From Microcoleus sp. (GTDB lineage: Bacteria; Cyanobacteriota; Cyanobacteriia; Cyanobacteriales; Microcoleaceae): 64,000 nt of DNA. The notes below the pieces were generated by a model that saw nothing but the letters and a program-made list of their open reading frames with translations, had not been told where the DNA came from and made no database searches. This document shows, piece by piece, positions 20,614 through 30,563 of this stretch. Made by a program: the position numbers and the translations under genes. Where the stretch lies: positions 2,720,001 through 2,784,000 of the forward strand of contig CP181291.1 in assembly GCA_052279835.1 (NCBI GenBank), written 5' to 3'. The first letter of the stretch is position 1. Each line of letters begins with the position of its first letter.

Positions 20614-21333
20614 ATGAACTACTTTCAAAAGACCGCATTTTTTATCGGGGTAGGAACTGCTATTAATGGGCTTACTTTTGCAGCTCAGGCTCAGTTTTGT
20701 GCAGATCCTTCTCATACAGCAGCAACCAAAGCTAGACTCGATCAACTTGCCAATAGTCAAGGGATACCAATCAATCAAGTTGGACGAGCTTTTCAAAACT
20801 TTGCACTAGCTACCATCAGACCAGGTACTCCAATTCCAGAGAATTTTAGGTTATTTCCTTCACCAGCAAGGGCAGCGGCCACAGGTGGTGCTATCCGAAA
20901 TGTAGAACCTGATGGAGTTCTTCCACTTGTGTTCGTAAACTTTCCAGCAGGCCCAACTGAAACATATCCTGATAGCGTTTTCTATGAGGCAAAGGCACTG
21001 CAAGGAGGTCTTCTCCCCCCTAGTTACCAAGATTATCAAATTCTCGGTTTCATTGATGCGCTCGGTAACAGCCCTGCCAAGACAGCAGGCAAAATACCAG
21101 CAATCATTTTTCTCACTAGCGCCGATATCAGGCAGATTAGTAATGCTACAATAACACAAGCTTCATTGAGAGGTGTAGCTGTCTGGCACGCTATAGGTTG
21201 TGAAATTCCGGGCAGCTTTAATCAGCTCCAACTAGGTGAAGCCTCCCTGAGAAATCCCGAAGTCTACATTTTCCAGCTAACGCTTCCAGAACAAATAGGC
21301 CCGGGAATCCGCGGAAGGCTTTTCATTAATTAA
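20614..21333 (+). CDS. secreted protein with PD-(D/E)XK nuclease-like domain (putative toxin)
   Basis: signal peptide ending AAQA-Q; GRAFQ helix, PDG, FYEAK, YQI..FID motifs. Confidence 0.6.
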   Translation: MNYFQKTAFFIGVGTAINGLTFAAQAQFCADPSHTAATKARLDQLANSQGIPINQVGRAFQNFALATIRPGTPIPENFRLFPSPARAAATGGAIRNVEPDGVLPLVFVNFPAGPTETYPDSVFYEAKALQGGLLPPSYQDYQILGFIDALGNSPAKTAGKIPAIIFLTSADIRQISNATITQASLRGVAVWHAIGCEIPGSFNQLQLGEASLRNPEVYIFQLTLPEQIGPGIRGRLFIN

Positions 21334-21366
21334 AGGTTAATTATCTACTCATTCATAGTTTACTTA

Positions 21367-21993
21367 ATGGTAAAAGATATGTCTATTGAAGAGCGCCGAG
21401 GTATTGAAACAATTGACAGAAACCAAAATCTACTTCTCGTTCGGGCTCCTATTGAATCAGTGGCGGAAAAGTTCAGTAGGGCGAGACGTGCGGATGTTTG
21501 GGAACGGGATATATACGATCGCGAAATCGAAATTACGGCCGAAAGCTATATTGTATTTCAATTTCGAGGACATCCTTGGACGATAGTTGAGCAACTGAAT
21601 CATCATCCCGGTTCCCTTGTATTTGGAGAAGGAGATGCTATCACCCTTTCCTGGTTCCTATCCACTCGCGCCATCTACTACAAATGCAGCGACACTTGCG
21701 GTTATATTGGTTATAACTGCTACGAGAGAGGTGCATTTGCTGAGATGCTGTACTTTGAGGAAGAAATGGATCTCCTATTCCTCTCTGATTTTCGCGAGGT
21801 TAAAGCTGAGGACATTGACAGTGCCTTTCGCTTTACTTACGCTTTTATGGAGGAGCAAGATATCTATATCCCCTACGCATATTACGAAAATGTGAAGGTT
21901 GGCGATCGGGTGAATTTGCGCCCCAAAGGCCCAACGTTAGATGATTTAGTACGCAGCGACTTCGAGGGAGTAGATTATATAGGCATTAGCTAA
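21367..21993 (+). CDS. acidic hypothetical protein, putative immunity protein
   Basis: 33 bp after the nuclease-like gene; D/E- and aromatic-rich; no signal peptide. Confidence 0.5.
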   Translation: MVKDMSIEERRGIETIDRNQNLLLVRAPIESVAEKFSRARRADVWERDIYDREIEITAESYIVFQFRGHPWTIVEQLNHHPGSLVFGEGDAITLSWFLSTRAIYYKCSDTCGYIGYNCYERGAFAEMLYFEEEMDLLFLSDFREVKAEDIDSAFRFTYAFMEEQDIYIPYAYYENVKVGDRVNLRPKGPTLDDLVRSDFEGVDYIGIS

Positions 21994-22000
21994 AATATTC

Positions 22001-23449
22001 TCAACTAGAAAATTTCGCCGCACCTCTCAACCCGCTATTCGATCGCCCTTTTCCCACAATTTCCCCATCCACTGCTGGAACTTCACTCAAAGCTCGATCG
22101 CCCGTAGCCTCTTCCAACAACTGAATTTGAATTTGATCTAACCGCGGCCCGCACACAGAAACCACCGCCAGTTCCACATTTTCGCTGCGCCACACTTCCC
22201 CCACCGCCGGCATTCTTTGCAACTGATAGCTCAAAAAACCTCCAATGGTTTGATATTCGTCAGTTACAGGCAAATCCAAATTCAATATTTGATTCACATC
22301 ATCTACATTTAACTGCGCTTGCACCAAAAAAGTGCGATCGTTCAATACTTGCAAAGCTATTTCTTTACTATCTTGCGATTCGTAACTGCGGCCGATAATT
22401 TCTGCAATCAAATCCCTCAGCGTCACTAACCCGGAAATGCCGCCAAATTCATCAACGACGATCGCAATTTCTTCCGAGGAACCCTGCATCAAAGGTAGCA
22501 ATTCTCCCAACAGCATCATCTCCGGCACAAACCTCACCGGACGCATCCACGTTACAATTGGCGTGTCTGGTGATAACAAACCTTCGGCTAGGGGTTTAGC
22601 AAGTTGTTTGAAGTCTATCACCCCGATAATATCATCGAAGGAATCTCCTGTAATCGGATAGCGAGAATGGTTGGAAATCGCAATTTCCGAGAGCAATGTT
22701 TGAAAAGTAGCAGTCTTGGGAAGCGCGACAATACTTGGCCTTGGCACCATTACTTCTTGTACCCACACTTCCCCAAACTCAAATACGTTGTTGAGCAATT
22801 CTCGTTCTTCTGCTTGCAAGCCGCTGGATTCTGTGGAAGTAGCGATAATTAATTGTAGTTCTTCGGGAGTCACTGGCCGATGGGTGACATCGTATTCAAT
22901 GCCCGCAAGCTGCAAGAGCGATCGAGTCGATTTATTGAGCAAGGAAACAAAGGGATTGAATAAACGAGCAATCTGTAAACTGGGAGTGCCTAGGCCTCTT
23001 GCTAATTGTTCGGAATAAAGTAAGGCTACAGATTTCGGCACCAGTTCGCCGAGTACGATTTGTAGATAAGCCAGCAGAAAAAAAGTGACTATGGATATGC
23101 TAAAAGAATGGGCGATCGATTCCTTGATATAAGTTGGCAGTGGCAAAAAGTGGATGGAAGCTCGGATCAGCACGGCGATCGTATCTTCCCCAATCCAGCC
23201 GAGAGCTAAACTAGAAAGAGTGATTCCCAACTGCATAGTTGAGAGCAATCGCTCAATACTTTGGATCAAAGATTGAACCGTCAGAGCCGGAACATCCCCC
23301 GCCTCAACTAACTGATTAATCCGCGAACGACGCACCGTTACCATCGAAAACTCAGCCGCCACAAAAAAAGCATTGATCGCTATCAGCAGCAGCACTGATA
23401 GCAACCGTGACAGCACTTCTGTCCAAGTCATAGCAGGCAACTCAGCCAT
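22001..23449 (-). CDS. HlyC/CorC (CNNM) family transporter
   Basis: NAFFVAAEFS, QLGITLSSLALGW, GELVPKS, CBS pair (HSRYPI, VVDEFGG), CorC domain. Confidence 0.93.
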   Translation of the reverse strand: MAELPAMTWTEVLSRLLSVLLLIAINAFFVAAEFSMVTVRRSRINQLVEAGDVPALTVQSLIQSIERLLSTMQLGITLSSLALGWIGEDTIAVLIRASIHFLPLPTYIKESIAHSFSISIVTFFLLAYLQIVLGELVPKSVALLYSEQLARGLGTPSLQIARLFNPFVSLLNKSTRSLLQLAGIEYDVTHRPVTPEELQLIIATSTESSGLQAEERELLNNVFEFGEVWVQEVMVPRPSIVALPKTATFQTLLSEIAISNHSRYPITGDSFDDIIGVIDFKQLAKPLAEGLLSPDTPIVTWMRPVRFVPEMMLLGELLPLMQGSSEEIAIVVDEFGGISGLVTLRDLIAEIIGRSYESQDSKEIALQVLNDRTFLVQAQLNVDDVNQILNLDLPVTDEYQTIGGFLSYQLQRMPAVGEVWRSENVELAVVSVCGPRLDQIQIQLLEEATGDRALSEVPAVDGEIVGKGRSNSGLRGAAKFSS

Positions 23450-23696
23450 CTCCTACACTCTCCTGACCCAGGCCTGTGGGAGTGATACAGCTCTGCCTAG
23501 AACCACTTTCTCGGCTGAGCCTGAGAACCAGTCGGTCGGTTTGACCTCCTCCATAGCAAGCTAAAATTGTTGACAATCCCCCTAACACGAACACAACAGG
23601 GGCAAGCATCGGCAAATATTTTCCAAATATTGAACTACTCACCGCTTACCTGGACTAACAGGTATAGCAGGGGACTTCCCGGCGCTGTAAGTTAAT

Positions 23697-24389
23697 TCAC
23701 TTCGGCACTGGAATGCCCGCTATTTGCAACTGAAGTTTTTGAGCTGGATAATCTGTCAGCGTCAGCGAAATTTCTTTAGTATTTTCCAGTAAAGTTGTGG
23801 GAATACTAATCGTGCCGTAAAACACCTGCCCGTTGGGGGGCAGTTCCCCAGGCAAATCCTCGGCCGTCGCACTTAGGGGCTGGCCTTGGTTATTAGTGAC
23901 GCTCAAGAAACTGTATAAAAACTTTACAGCTTGGGAGCCTTCGTTCTTCATGCTCACGTCTAGCAGCATGGAGTTACCTCGCTGATTGGCCGCACTCACT
24001 TCTAGGGTGATTCCCCCGTCGCGACTGTTGAGGGGAAACTTGTTGCTGGCATTTTTGTCAGTGGCTGGTTTTTTGGCTGTAGCTGTTTTAGAGCTAGCCT
24101 TGTCTGTTTTGGTATTCCCTTGACCCGCTACTTTCTCAGGATCGCGACCTTCAATCCGTGCTTTGACGGTTTTGAGAATGTCTTTTTCTTTCAAAATGCT
24201 CACTTGGTCTTTGCTAGCTGGATTTCCCTGTTTGCCACCTGCATTATTGCTGGGGCGAACGTCTGGTTGAGTAGTTCCTTTCAACGCTTCGCGACCTAAA
24301 GTAAATCCGAAAACAGAACTCGTCACACCAGCTCCCAACATCATAGTCAGTAGAATCAGAGTCAGCACTACCGTCGAATTCAGTACCAT
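23697..24389 (-). CDS. membrane-anchored hypothetical protein with C-terminal beta domain
   Basis: N-terminal TM, GFTLGREAL motif, K/T/A linker, VKFLYSFL beta domain. Confidence 0.7.
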   Translation of the reverse strand: MVLNSTVVLTLILLTMMLGAGVTSSVFGFTLGREALKGTTQPDVRPSNNAGGKQGNPASKDQVSILKEKDILKTVKARIEGRDPEKVAGQGNTKTDKASSKTATAKKPATDKNASNKFPLNSRDGGITLEVSAANQRGNSMLLDVSMKNEGSQAVKFLYSFLSVTNNQGQPLSATAEDLPGELPPNGQVFYGTISIPTTLLENTKEISLTLTDYPAQKLQLQIAGIPVPK

Positions 24390-24570
24390 TACCTGTAAGT
24401 TCTATGCCAAGTCTTAGAAACTGCTTTGTTTGACCGATCGACTCCAACTTCGGGCTGATGGCGATCGGGCGTTGCAGATCGAAGATTGTGATTTTTGTTC
24501 TCTAGTTTTAACACGGACTGGGAAATTATGTTATAATTCATTTTAAGTTCGATCGCACCTTGCGATCTAA

Positions 24571-24643
24571 CGGCAGTTGGCCGAGCGGTTTAGGCAGCGA
24601 ACTCATAATTCGCCTCAGGCAGGTTCAACTCCTGCACTGCCGA
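24571..24643 (+). tRNA. tRNA with CAT anticodon, probably tRNA-Ile2 (lysidine) rather than Met
   Basis: acceptor CGGCAGT/ACTGCCG; GCGAA-CTCATAA-TTCGC arm resembles cyanobacterial trnI-CAU; lacks the initiator GGG/CCC stem. Confidence 0.88.
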
Positions 24644-24784
24644 TTTTGACAATACTTCGACTTCGCTCACTCAGGTTTGGGCCAGAGTTACCGTTTCCGT
24701 TAGACCAGGGGTCTGAGAAACCAGGTTTCTGTGGTCTCCTATCACTGTGTCTTTGTTGGCGCTCAGCAACGGGTCGATCGCATA

Positions 24785-25318
24785 TCAACCTTTAATTAAC
24801 TCCACTCCGTCGCGCCCATCAATTTCTTGAACGTATACCTTAACTTGTTCTTCCTTTGCTGTGGGCAACTTTTTACCCGTGAAATCCGGCTGAATCGGTA
24901 CTTCTCGGTGTCCGCGATCGACTAACACTGCGAGCCAAATTTTCTCCGGTCTGCCATAATCATTTACTGCATTCAAAGCTGCTCGAATAGTTCTACCTTT
25001 ATATATAACGTCATCTATCAATACAACAGTTTTGCCTGTCAAATCGAAGGGAATTTCGGTTTTGGCTGGTGTCCGCATCGCCACTCGATCCAAATCATCT
25101 CGGTAAAACGTAATATCCAGAGCACCTACGGATACTTTGACTTGTTCGAGGACTTCAATTTGAGCCGCCAGAATTTGAGCTAAAGGTACTCCTCTAGTAT
25201 GAATACCTAACAAGACTAATTCTCCTGGGTGTCCCGATTTTTCCACTATCTGGGAAGCGATGCGGGTAAGAGTGCGTCGCACTTCATCCGGCGATAAAAT
25301 TTCAATAATTTTAGTCAT
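24785..25318 (-). CDS. pyrR: bifunctional pyr regulator / uracil phosphoribosyltransferase
   Basis: [42 protein letters not shown]. Confidence 0.96.
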   Translation of the reverse strand: MTKIIEILSPDEVRRTLTRIASQIVEKSGHPGELVLLGIHTRGVPLAQILAAQIEVLEQVKVSVGALDITFYRDDLDRVAMRTPAKTEIPFDLTGKTVVLIDDVIYKGRTIRAALNAVNDYGRPEKIWLAVLVDRGHREVPIQPDFTGKKLPTAKEEQVKVYVQEIDGRDGVELIKG

Positions 25319-25359
25319 TGGTGGCTGTTGCTAATTTTTGGCTGTGGGTCGATCGACAG

Positions 25360-26445
25360 TTAGCGGACAAAAACGAAGGCAGCATAAAAGAGCAATGATA
25401 ATCCCAACCAAATCAGAAAGCAATACCGAGTTAATTGCAATGCTTGGTGAATATGGTGCACTGTGATAGGTTGATTCTGGTCCCCTAACAGGGGTTTGTG
25501 TTTAACAACTCCCCGATAGGAATTTGTACCTCCTAGTTGCACTCCCAAGATGGCGGCGTAGACGCATTCGCTCCAACCGGAATTGGGACTGGCATCTTTT
25601 ACCGCATCTCTTTGACAAATTCTCCAAATGTACAGGGGTTTTTCTGATATCGCAGCTAAAGTCATCACTGTTAATCTGCAAGGAATCCAAGTCAGGACAT
25701 CTTCGAGTTTGGCACTAAACCATCCTAAATCTGTGTAGGGTGCTTCTTTGTAGCCCACGGTAGAATCTAATGTACTGGCTGCTTTATAAGCGATCGCCAA
25801 GGGGACGATGGCGCTCATTGACATGGAGTAATCCGCGATCGGCAAATCCCTCACACTTAATAATAGATATAGATGTGGGAGAGCGAACCCAACTAAGGCA
25901 TAAAATAGGGGAGCACTCACCCCATCCACGGCATTCTCTGTTACAGTTTCTAACAATGCTCGCAGAATTTCTGGCTCGGATAAGTTTTCAGTATCCCGAC
26001 CGACATAAAGACTCAACCTTTCTCGCGCCTTGACTAAATCTCCTAGATTTAGAGGTGCCAGCACATCCTCCGCAGCAGCCCTCAAACTCCTACCTGCAAA
26101 ACAGCTTGCGAGTAAAATGGTCTGTAAAGCAATCCCCAAAAGAGGATGCACCCAACTAGCAGCTTGCACCATCGACCAACTGACAGTATAACTGCCTACA
26201 ATCAACCCGATCGCTAGTATTGTACCCGCAGCGCGAAGCAACAGTTTAGGGCGATCGCTTGGGGGACTATCGCCCAAGTTCGGTTTTGTACCTGGGGGAT
26301 TATTCCAGATATTAAAGACCAGTCGAGTATAGCGGTCAATGACCCAACCCATAGCCTGTACAGGATGCGGCCAACCCCAAGGATCGCCGATGGAGTAATC
26401 TAATACAGCAGCTAAAATCAAAACAGCCAATTCATCCGGCATCAT
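25360..26445 (-). CDS. cbiB: adenosylcobinamide-phosphate synthase CbiB/CobD
   Basis: GDPWGWPHPV, VGRDT, ENAVDG, STLDSTVGY, SPNSGW. Confidence 0.93.
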   Translation of the reverse strand: MMPDELAVLILAAVLDYSIGDPWGWPHPVQAMGWVIDRYTRLVFNIWNNPPGTKPNLGDSPPSDRPKLLLRAAGTILAIGLIVGSYTVSWSMVQAASWVHPLLGIALQTILLASCFAGRSLRAAAEDVLAPLNLGDLVKARERLSLYVGRDTENLSEPEILRALLETVTENAVDGVSAPLFYALVGFALPHLYLLLSVRDLPIADYSMSMSAIVPLAIAYKAASTLDSTVGYKEAPYTDLGWFSAKLEDVLTWIPCRLTVMTLAAISEKPLYIWRICQRDAVKDASPNSGWSECVYAAILGVQLGGTNSYRGVVKHKPLLGDQNQPITVHHIHQALQLTRYCFLIWLGLSLLFYAAFVFVR

Positions 26446-26467
26446 TTATATATAGACAGTTTTAAGT

Positions 26468-26863
26468 TCACAGATTGTTTTCGTCCCGCAGTAGGTGCAC
26501 GTTCTGCTCCCAATTAGCACCATCAAAGGGTACGATCCGAAATTGAGTAACTGCATCGGAGTCTAGACAGCGGACATTGACATCAAATTGATCGGGATGC
26601 GATCGGGGGCGATAAAACGGATGAATACCACAAATCCGGCAAAAATTATGTTTGGCAATGCCCGTATTAAACGTATAGGTTGTCAAAACATCTTCGCCGC
26701 TTAGCAACGTAAAATGTTCTGGTGGTACAATTAGGTGCAAAAATCCCTTCTTGTGACAGATAGAACAGTTACAATCAACTGCTTCGTGTTTTTCCACCCC
26801 GACTCGGAAGCGGACAGCACCGCAATGACAGCCACCTTCGTAGATAACAAGTGTCAGATCCAT
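26468..26863 (-). CDS. GFA (CENP-V-like) family protein
   Basis: GGCHCGAVRF, CNCSIC, FCRICGI, RSHP; start at MDLTL preferred over 26938. Confidence 0.9.
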   Translation of the reverse strand: MDLTLVIYEGGCHCGAVRFRVGVEKHEAVDCNCSICHKKGFLHLIVPPEHFTLLSGEDVLTTYTFNTGIAKHNFCRICGIHPFYRPRSHPDQFDVNVRCLDSDAVTQFRIVPFDGANWEQNVHLLRDENNL

Positions 26864-26978
26864 ATTTACTGGCAATCTTATTTTTGAACCGATCTTAACA
26901 TTCTTGGTAGTTAGGGCGTTTTTAATTGCCCAAACCATTGATTTTATTGAATTGTCATGATTCCTGATTCCTTAGCAT

Positions 26979-27422
26979 CTAAATGATAAAGCTAGTTTCT
27001 TCACCAAGAGCAGCTTGCCAACTTCGGGCATCATAGTATAAGTCTTCCAGAGAAATACTGTACAGCGCCAGCACCAGTTTTTTGTGCAGTTGGTTCCACA
27101 AACTGAATGTTACCCAGTCCTCTGCAAGGCAAGCATCAGCAGAATGGCGACGTAAAGGTTCAATAGTTTCCCCTACAGCCTCTAAGATTTGTCCTAGAGA
27201 GATTTGAGCTGGTTCGCGGGCCAATTTGTAGCCTCCTTGTGAACCGCGAACTGATTGCACTAAACCGGCTCGTCGCATTTCAATTAGCAATTTTTCGAGA
27301 TAGGGAGCCGGTAACTCCTGTCGTTTAGCTATCGATTTTACCGATGTCGGCCCGAACCCAGGTTGCAAACTTAGATCCAGTAGAGCTTTGACACTGTAGT
27401 GTCCGCGTGCAGTTAACTTCAT
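26979..27422 (-). CDS. Rrf2 family transcriptional regulator
   Basis: YLEKLLIEMRRAGLVQSVRGSQGGY; lacks the IscR three-Cys motif. Confidence 0.93.
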   Translation of the reverse strand: MKLTARGHYSVKALLDLSLQPGFGPTSVKSIAKRQELPAPYLEKLLIEMRRAGLVQSVRGSQGGYKLAREPAQISLGQILEAVGETIEPLRRHSADACLAEDWVTFSLWNQLHKKLVLALYSISLEDLYYDARSWQAALGEETSFII

Positions 27423-27686
27423 CGGATTTTAAGATGTGGGGCATATATTCAGCTAGCTGATAGCTGATAGCTTATGCTACAGAGTTTAGAGATTGCTCGC
27501 AATCGACAGCTACTCCTCAAGAAAGACTCCACATTGTTAAAAATATTTAGATAATAGTGGTTAACAATCGAGCCAATCGGTGTAATATGGTTTTACGACC
27601 AGCTATAAAGCTAAAGTTTCTTGGCCAAATCAAAAATCAACCGAGAAAAAAACCGTACACCAGTTGAATATTTCAGGACTCAGTAG

Positions 27687-28076
27687 ATGGTTAAAAAGAA
27701 AAGTATCGAACCCCTTGAAGGCGAAGGTCTGATCAAAAAGGTTAAAGACCTAGAGAACCTTACCAAAGAAGAAAAAGCAAGAGCCTGTGGCTACTACACC
27801 GTTACCAAAAATGGAGTAGAACGGGTCAACATGATGAAATTCTTGAATGCTCTGATTGATGCAGAGGGCATTCAGCTAGATGGTAAGCAAAACGGCAATG
27901 GACGGGGCGGACGCTCGGCTAGCTATCGGATTAGCGTTCAATCTAACGGGAACTTACTGATTGGAGCAGCTTACACCAAACAGATGGAACTCCAACCAGG
28001 AGATGAATTTGAAATCTCTTTGGGACGCAAGCACATTCACCTGCGCCAAATCGATCAAGAAGAAGAAGTAGCTTAA
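27687..28076 (+). CDS. cyanobacterial AbrB-like regulator (cyAbrB)
   Basis: KARACGYY, SYRISVQSNGNLLIGAAYT, GDEFEISLGRKHIHL. Confidence 0.95.
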   Translation: MVKKKSIEPLEGEGLIKKVKDLENLTKEEKARACGYYTVTKNGVERVNMMKFLNALIDAEGIQLDGKQNGNGRGGRSASYRISVQSNGNLLIGAAYTKQMELQPGDEFEISLGRKHIHLRQIDQEEEVA

Positions 28077-28318
28077 GCACTTACTTTTTGATTTGACTTG
28101 CTGGGACTGGTTGATTGGAGTTCAAGCAGAGGTTTTGCTCTGAAATATTTCTGTGTGGCTAAATCTGTAAGTCTAAAACAGGATAGCTAGAGATGGCAAT
28201 GGCTCCACAACAGCCACTGCCACCATTTATCAGATCCGAAATTAGCTATTTTCTCCCTCGCTAGATCCAATTGGAACAGCGAGGTTTTTCCGCGTATACA
28301 ACCTCGCAGAGGTGGATA

Positions 28319-28454
28319 ATATCAATTCCGGTTGTATCGTCAGGTGATTTAACCGCGAAGGCGCAAAGGACGACCCCCCCCTGCCCCCCCCAAGGGGGGA
28401 AAGAGGAAGAGAAGAGAGAGTTTAATACAGGACGATGAAGAGAGGATTTGATAT
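28319..28454. repeat. miniature element, family B
   Basis: termini TATCAATTCC / GGATTTGATA are imperfect inverted repeats; GA-rich interior; related to 9443-9558. Confidence 0.5.
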
Positions 28455-28514
28455 AAAGTGTAGTAGGGAAACGGGAGTGCCGTGTCCCTAGGGGGAGTAA
28501 TGGAGGCTCACTTA

Positions 28515-29618
28515 TTAAGCTGGGTTGGCCTCAGTTCGTCTTTGCAAGAGTCGGGCAATTTCCGCTTTTTCTACCAGTCCGACGAGAACACCGTTGCCAC
28601 GAATCACAGGGAGTTCTTGGACCTTGAGTTGTTCAAAGAGAGTCACAACTTCTAGAAGGGATTGTTCTGGTTCGACGGTGGCGGAAAATTCGATCGGCTT
28701 GAGCAGTTCTTTCACTTGAACCGAAGGCCAGTTACCCGTAGGAATTGTTTTGAGCTCGTCAAGTTCGATCGCACCTACCAATTGTCCCTCATCATCTGTT
28801 ACCAGATAGCGACGCCAGTTTTGAGGATTACCGATGACGTAGTTATTGGCAAATTCTCTCAGAGATAAGTTTTCTGAGACGATCGGGCTTCCTGGAGTAA
28901 CAGCATCTGCGGCTGTCAGCCCCGCCAGTTGATTTTGGACTGTGGCAGATTGTGCAGATTGACCAGCATTTTGCAACAAAAACCAACCGATTACTAAATT
29001 CCAGATGTTGCCAAATATTCCTGTAGCAATGGCGATCCAACCAATGATTTGACCCACACGGCTAGCAAAAATGACACCTTTGTAAGGGTTCCCTGTAATT
29101 TTCCAGACGATCGCTTTGAGAATGTTACCACCATCTAGGGGTAAACCAGGAATCAGGTTAAATAGAGCTAAAGCTAAGTTGATCGAAGCTAAAAGTTGGA
29201 CGATAGCGGCTGCGGGGCCTGTGAGACTGGCACCAATGCCGATCGCTGCTAACAAACCCGATAATAATAGACTAACTAACGGGCCTGCGATCGCCACCCA
29301 AAAAGCCTGGGCCGGAGTTTTAGATTCTCTTTCCAAACTAGCCAATCCACCAAACAGAAATAGCGATATAGATTTCACGCCAATTCCCTGTTTGATAGCA
29401 ACCCAACTATGTCCCAATTCATGGGCTAACACCGAAGCAAATAACAGCAATGCTGTGAATAATCCCAGCATCCAGGGCGCTAGAGGGCCCAAGGTAGGAA
29501 ACAGAGCAGCTAGTGCGCCACCATACTGCCACGTTACTAAGCCCAGGACTAAAAACCAAGATGCGTTGATGTAAAAGGGAATTCCAAACAGGTTGCCGAC
29601 GCGAAATGTACCATTCAT
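28515..29618 (-). CDS. site-2 (M50) metalloprotease with CBS domains
   Basis: HELGH, FNLIPGLPLDGG, C-terminal CBS pair. Confidence 0.94.
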   Translation of the reverse strand: MNGTFRVGNLFGIPFYINASWFLVLGLVTWQYGGALAALFPTLGPLAPWMLGLFTALLLFASVLAHELGHSWVAIKQGIGVKSISLFLFGGLASLERESKTPAQAFWVAIAGPLVSLLLSGLLAAIGIGASLTGPAAAIVQLLASINLALALFNLIPGLPLDGGNILKAIVWKITGNPYKGVIFASRVGQIIGWIAIATGIFGNIWNLVIGWFLLQNAGQSAQSATVQNQLAGLTAADAVTPGSPIVSENLSLREFANNYVIGNPQNWRRYLVTDDEGQLVGAIELDELKTIPTGNWPSVQVKELLKPIEFSATVEPEQSLLEVVTLFEQLKVQELPVIRGNGVLVGLVEKAEIARLLQRRTEANPA

Positions 29619-29668
29619 AATGGCTACCTCTGATACTATGGGGCAGAGTTTTTTCTCTCTGTTTCCTT

Positions 29669-29686
29669 ATAGTAACGAAATGTAAC
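29669..29686 (-). promoter_or_regulatory. HLR1-like direct repeat (RpaB-type site) upstream of the M50 protease gene
   Basis: minus strand GTTACATT-tc-GTTACTAT, near match to (G/T)TTACA(T/A)(T/A)-N2 repeat. Confidence 0.45.
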
Positions 29687-29803
29687 GATGATGTTAATCT
29701 GTCCATGGGCGTGGTATCCGCCTGGGTTGGTTCGGTAAAGAGCGATCGCCCTTGGACTGAGAAAGTGCGATCGCCCTTGACGACTAATCAAACAGGTTTG
29801 AGA

Positions 29804-30461
29804 TTAATCAGGTATCTTGCCCAATCTTTCCCTCAATTTATCAGCCGATAACTGCGGCAGTTGCCCTACAAATAGTGCCAATTCTGCTACAGACAAGGCC
29901 AATAAATTAGTGATGGCGATCGGCAAAACATCGCCCAATTCATTTGAACTCATTTTCAAGACACTTTCAGCTAATAATTTCACCGCTGATTCTCGCCCTG
30001 ATACATCGACTGTCAGCATGGATAGTGCCAGTAACAACAGGGTAAACTCCGTTGCCGACAACTTTGATATGGGAGCTAGAAAAACCGTCATTTTTGGGTT
30101 TAATTCTCCAAACCTGACTTGCAGAAAATTTTCTAAAATTAAGCGCTGTTGTTCTTGTCTACCTCGTTCTAGCCCTCGTTCTAGTCCTTGTTCTAGCCCT
30201 CGTTCTAGCCCTCGTTCTAGCCCTCGTTCTAGCCCTCGTTCTAGCCCTTGTTCTAGCCCTTGTTCTCTACCTTTTTGCTGTGCTGCTTCTATTTGTTGCT
30301 GAAAAAGTGGTGCAATAGCCATAATTAACTCCCGCTCTTCTGGCTCTAATTCCTGTGGGATATCAGTTACTAAATTTGACTGTAACCGATACAATAATTC
30401 TAGCGCTACCATCCGCAACGGAGCCTCCGTTGGTAAAACGATCGTGAATAAATCGCGTCAT
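29804..30461 (-). pseudogene. internally deleted Rpn/DUF4351-like cyanobacterial protein
   Basis: ATG at 30461 reads MTRFIHDRF then jumps out of frame into LPTEAPLRMVALELL; C-terminal GLER repeats and LQVRFG. Confidence 0.6.
30164..30270 (-). repeat. 12-bp coding tandem repeat (GLER/GLEQ)
   Basis: CCTCGTTCTAGC-type units repeated in tandem. Confidence 0.85.
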
Positions 30462-30563
30462 AAAAATTAGGATTAACTTTTTAATTATAGCATACTTGAC
30501 TTAATCACCATCGAATCCATCCCTTCTCCCCGGCTGACTAGAGGGCTTCAATTCATCAACTAA

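Noticed and set aside
29817..30302. SSPR-repeat ORF
   Set aside because: Antisense of the GLER repeats
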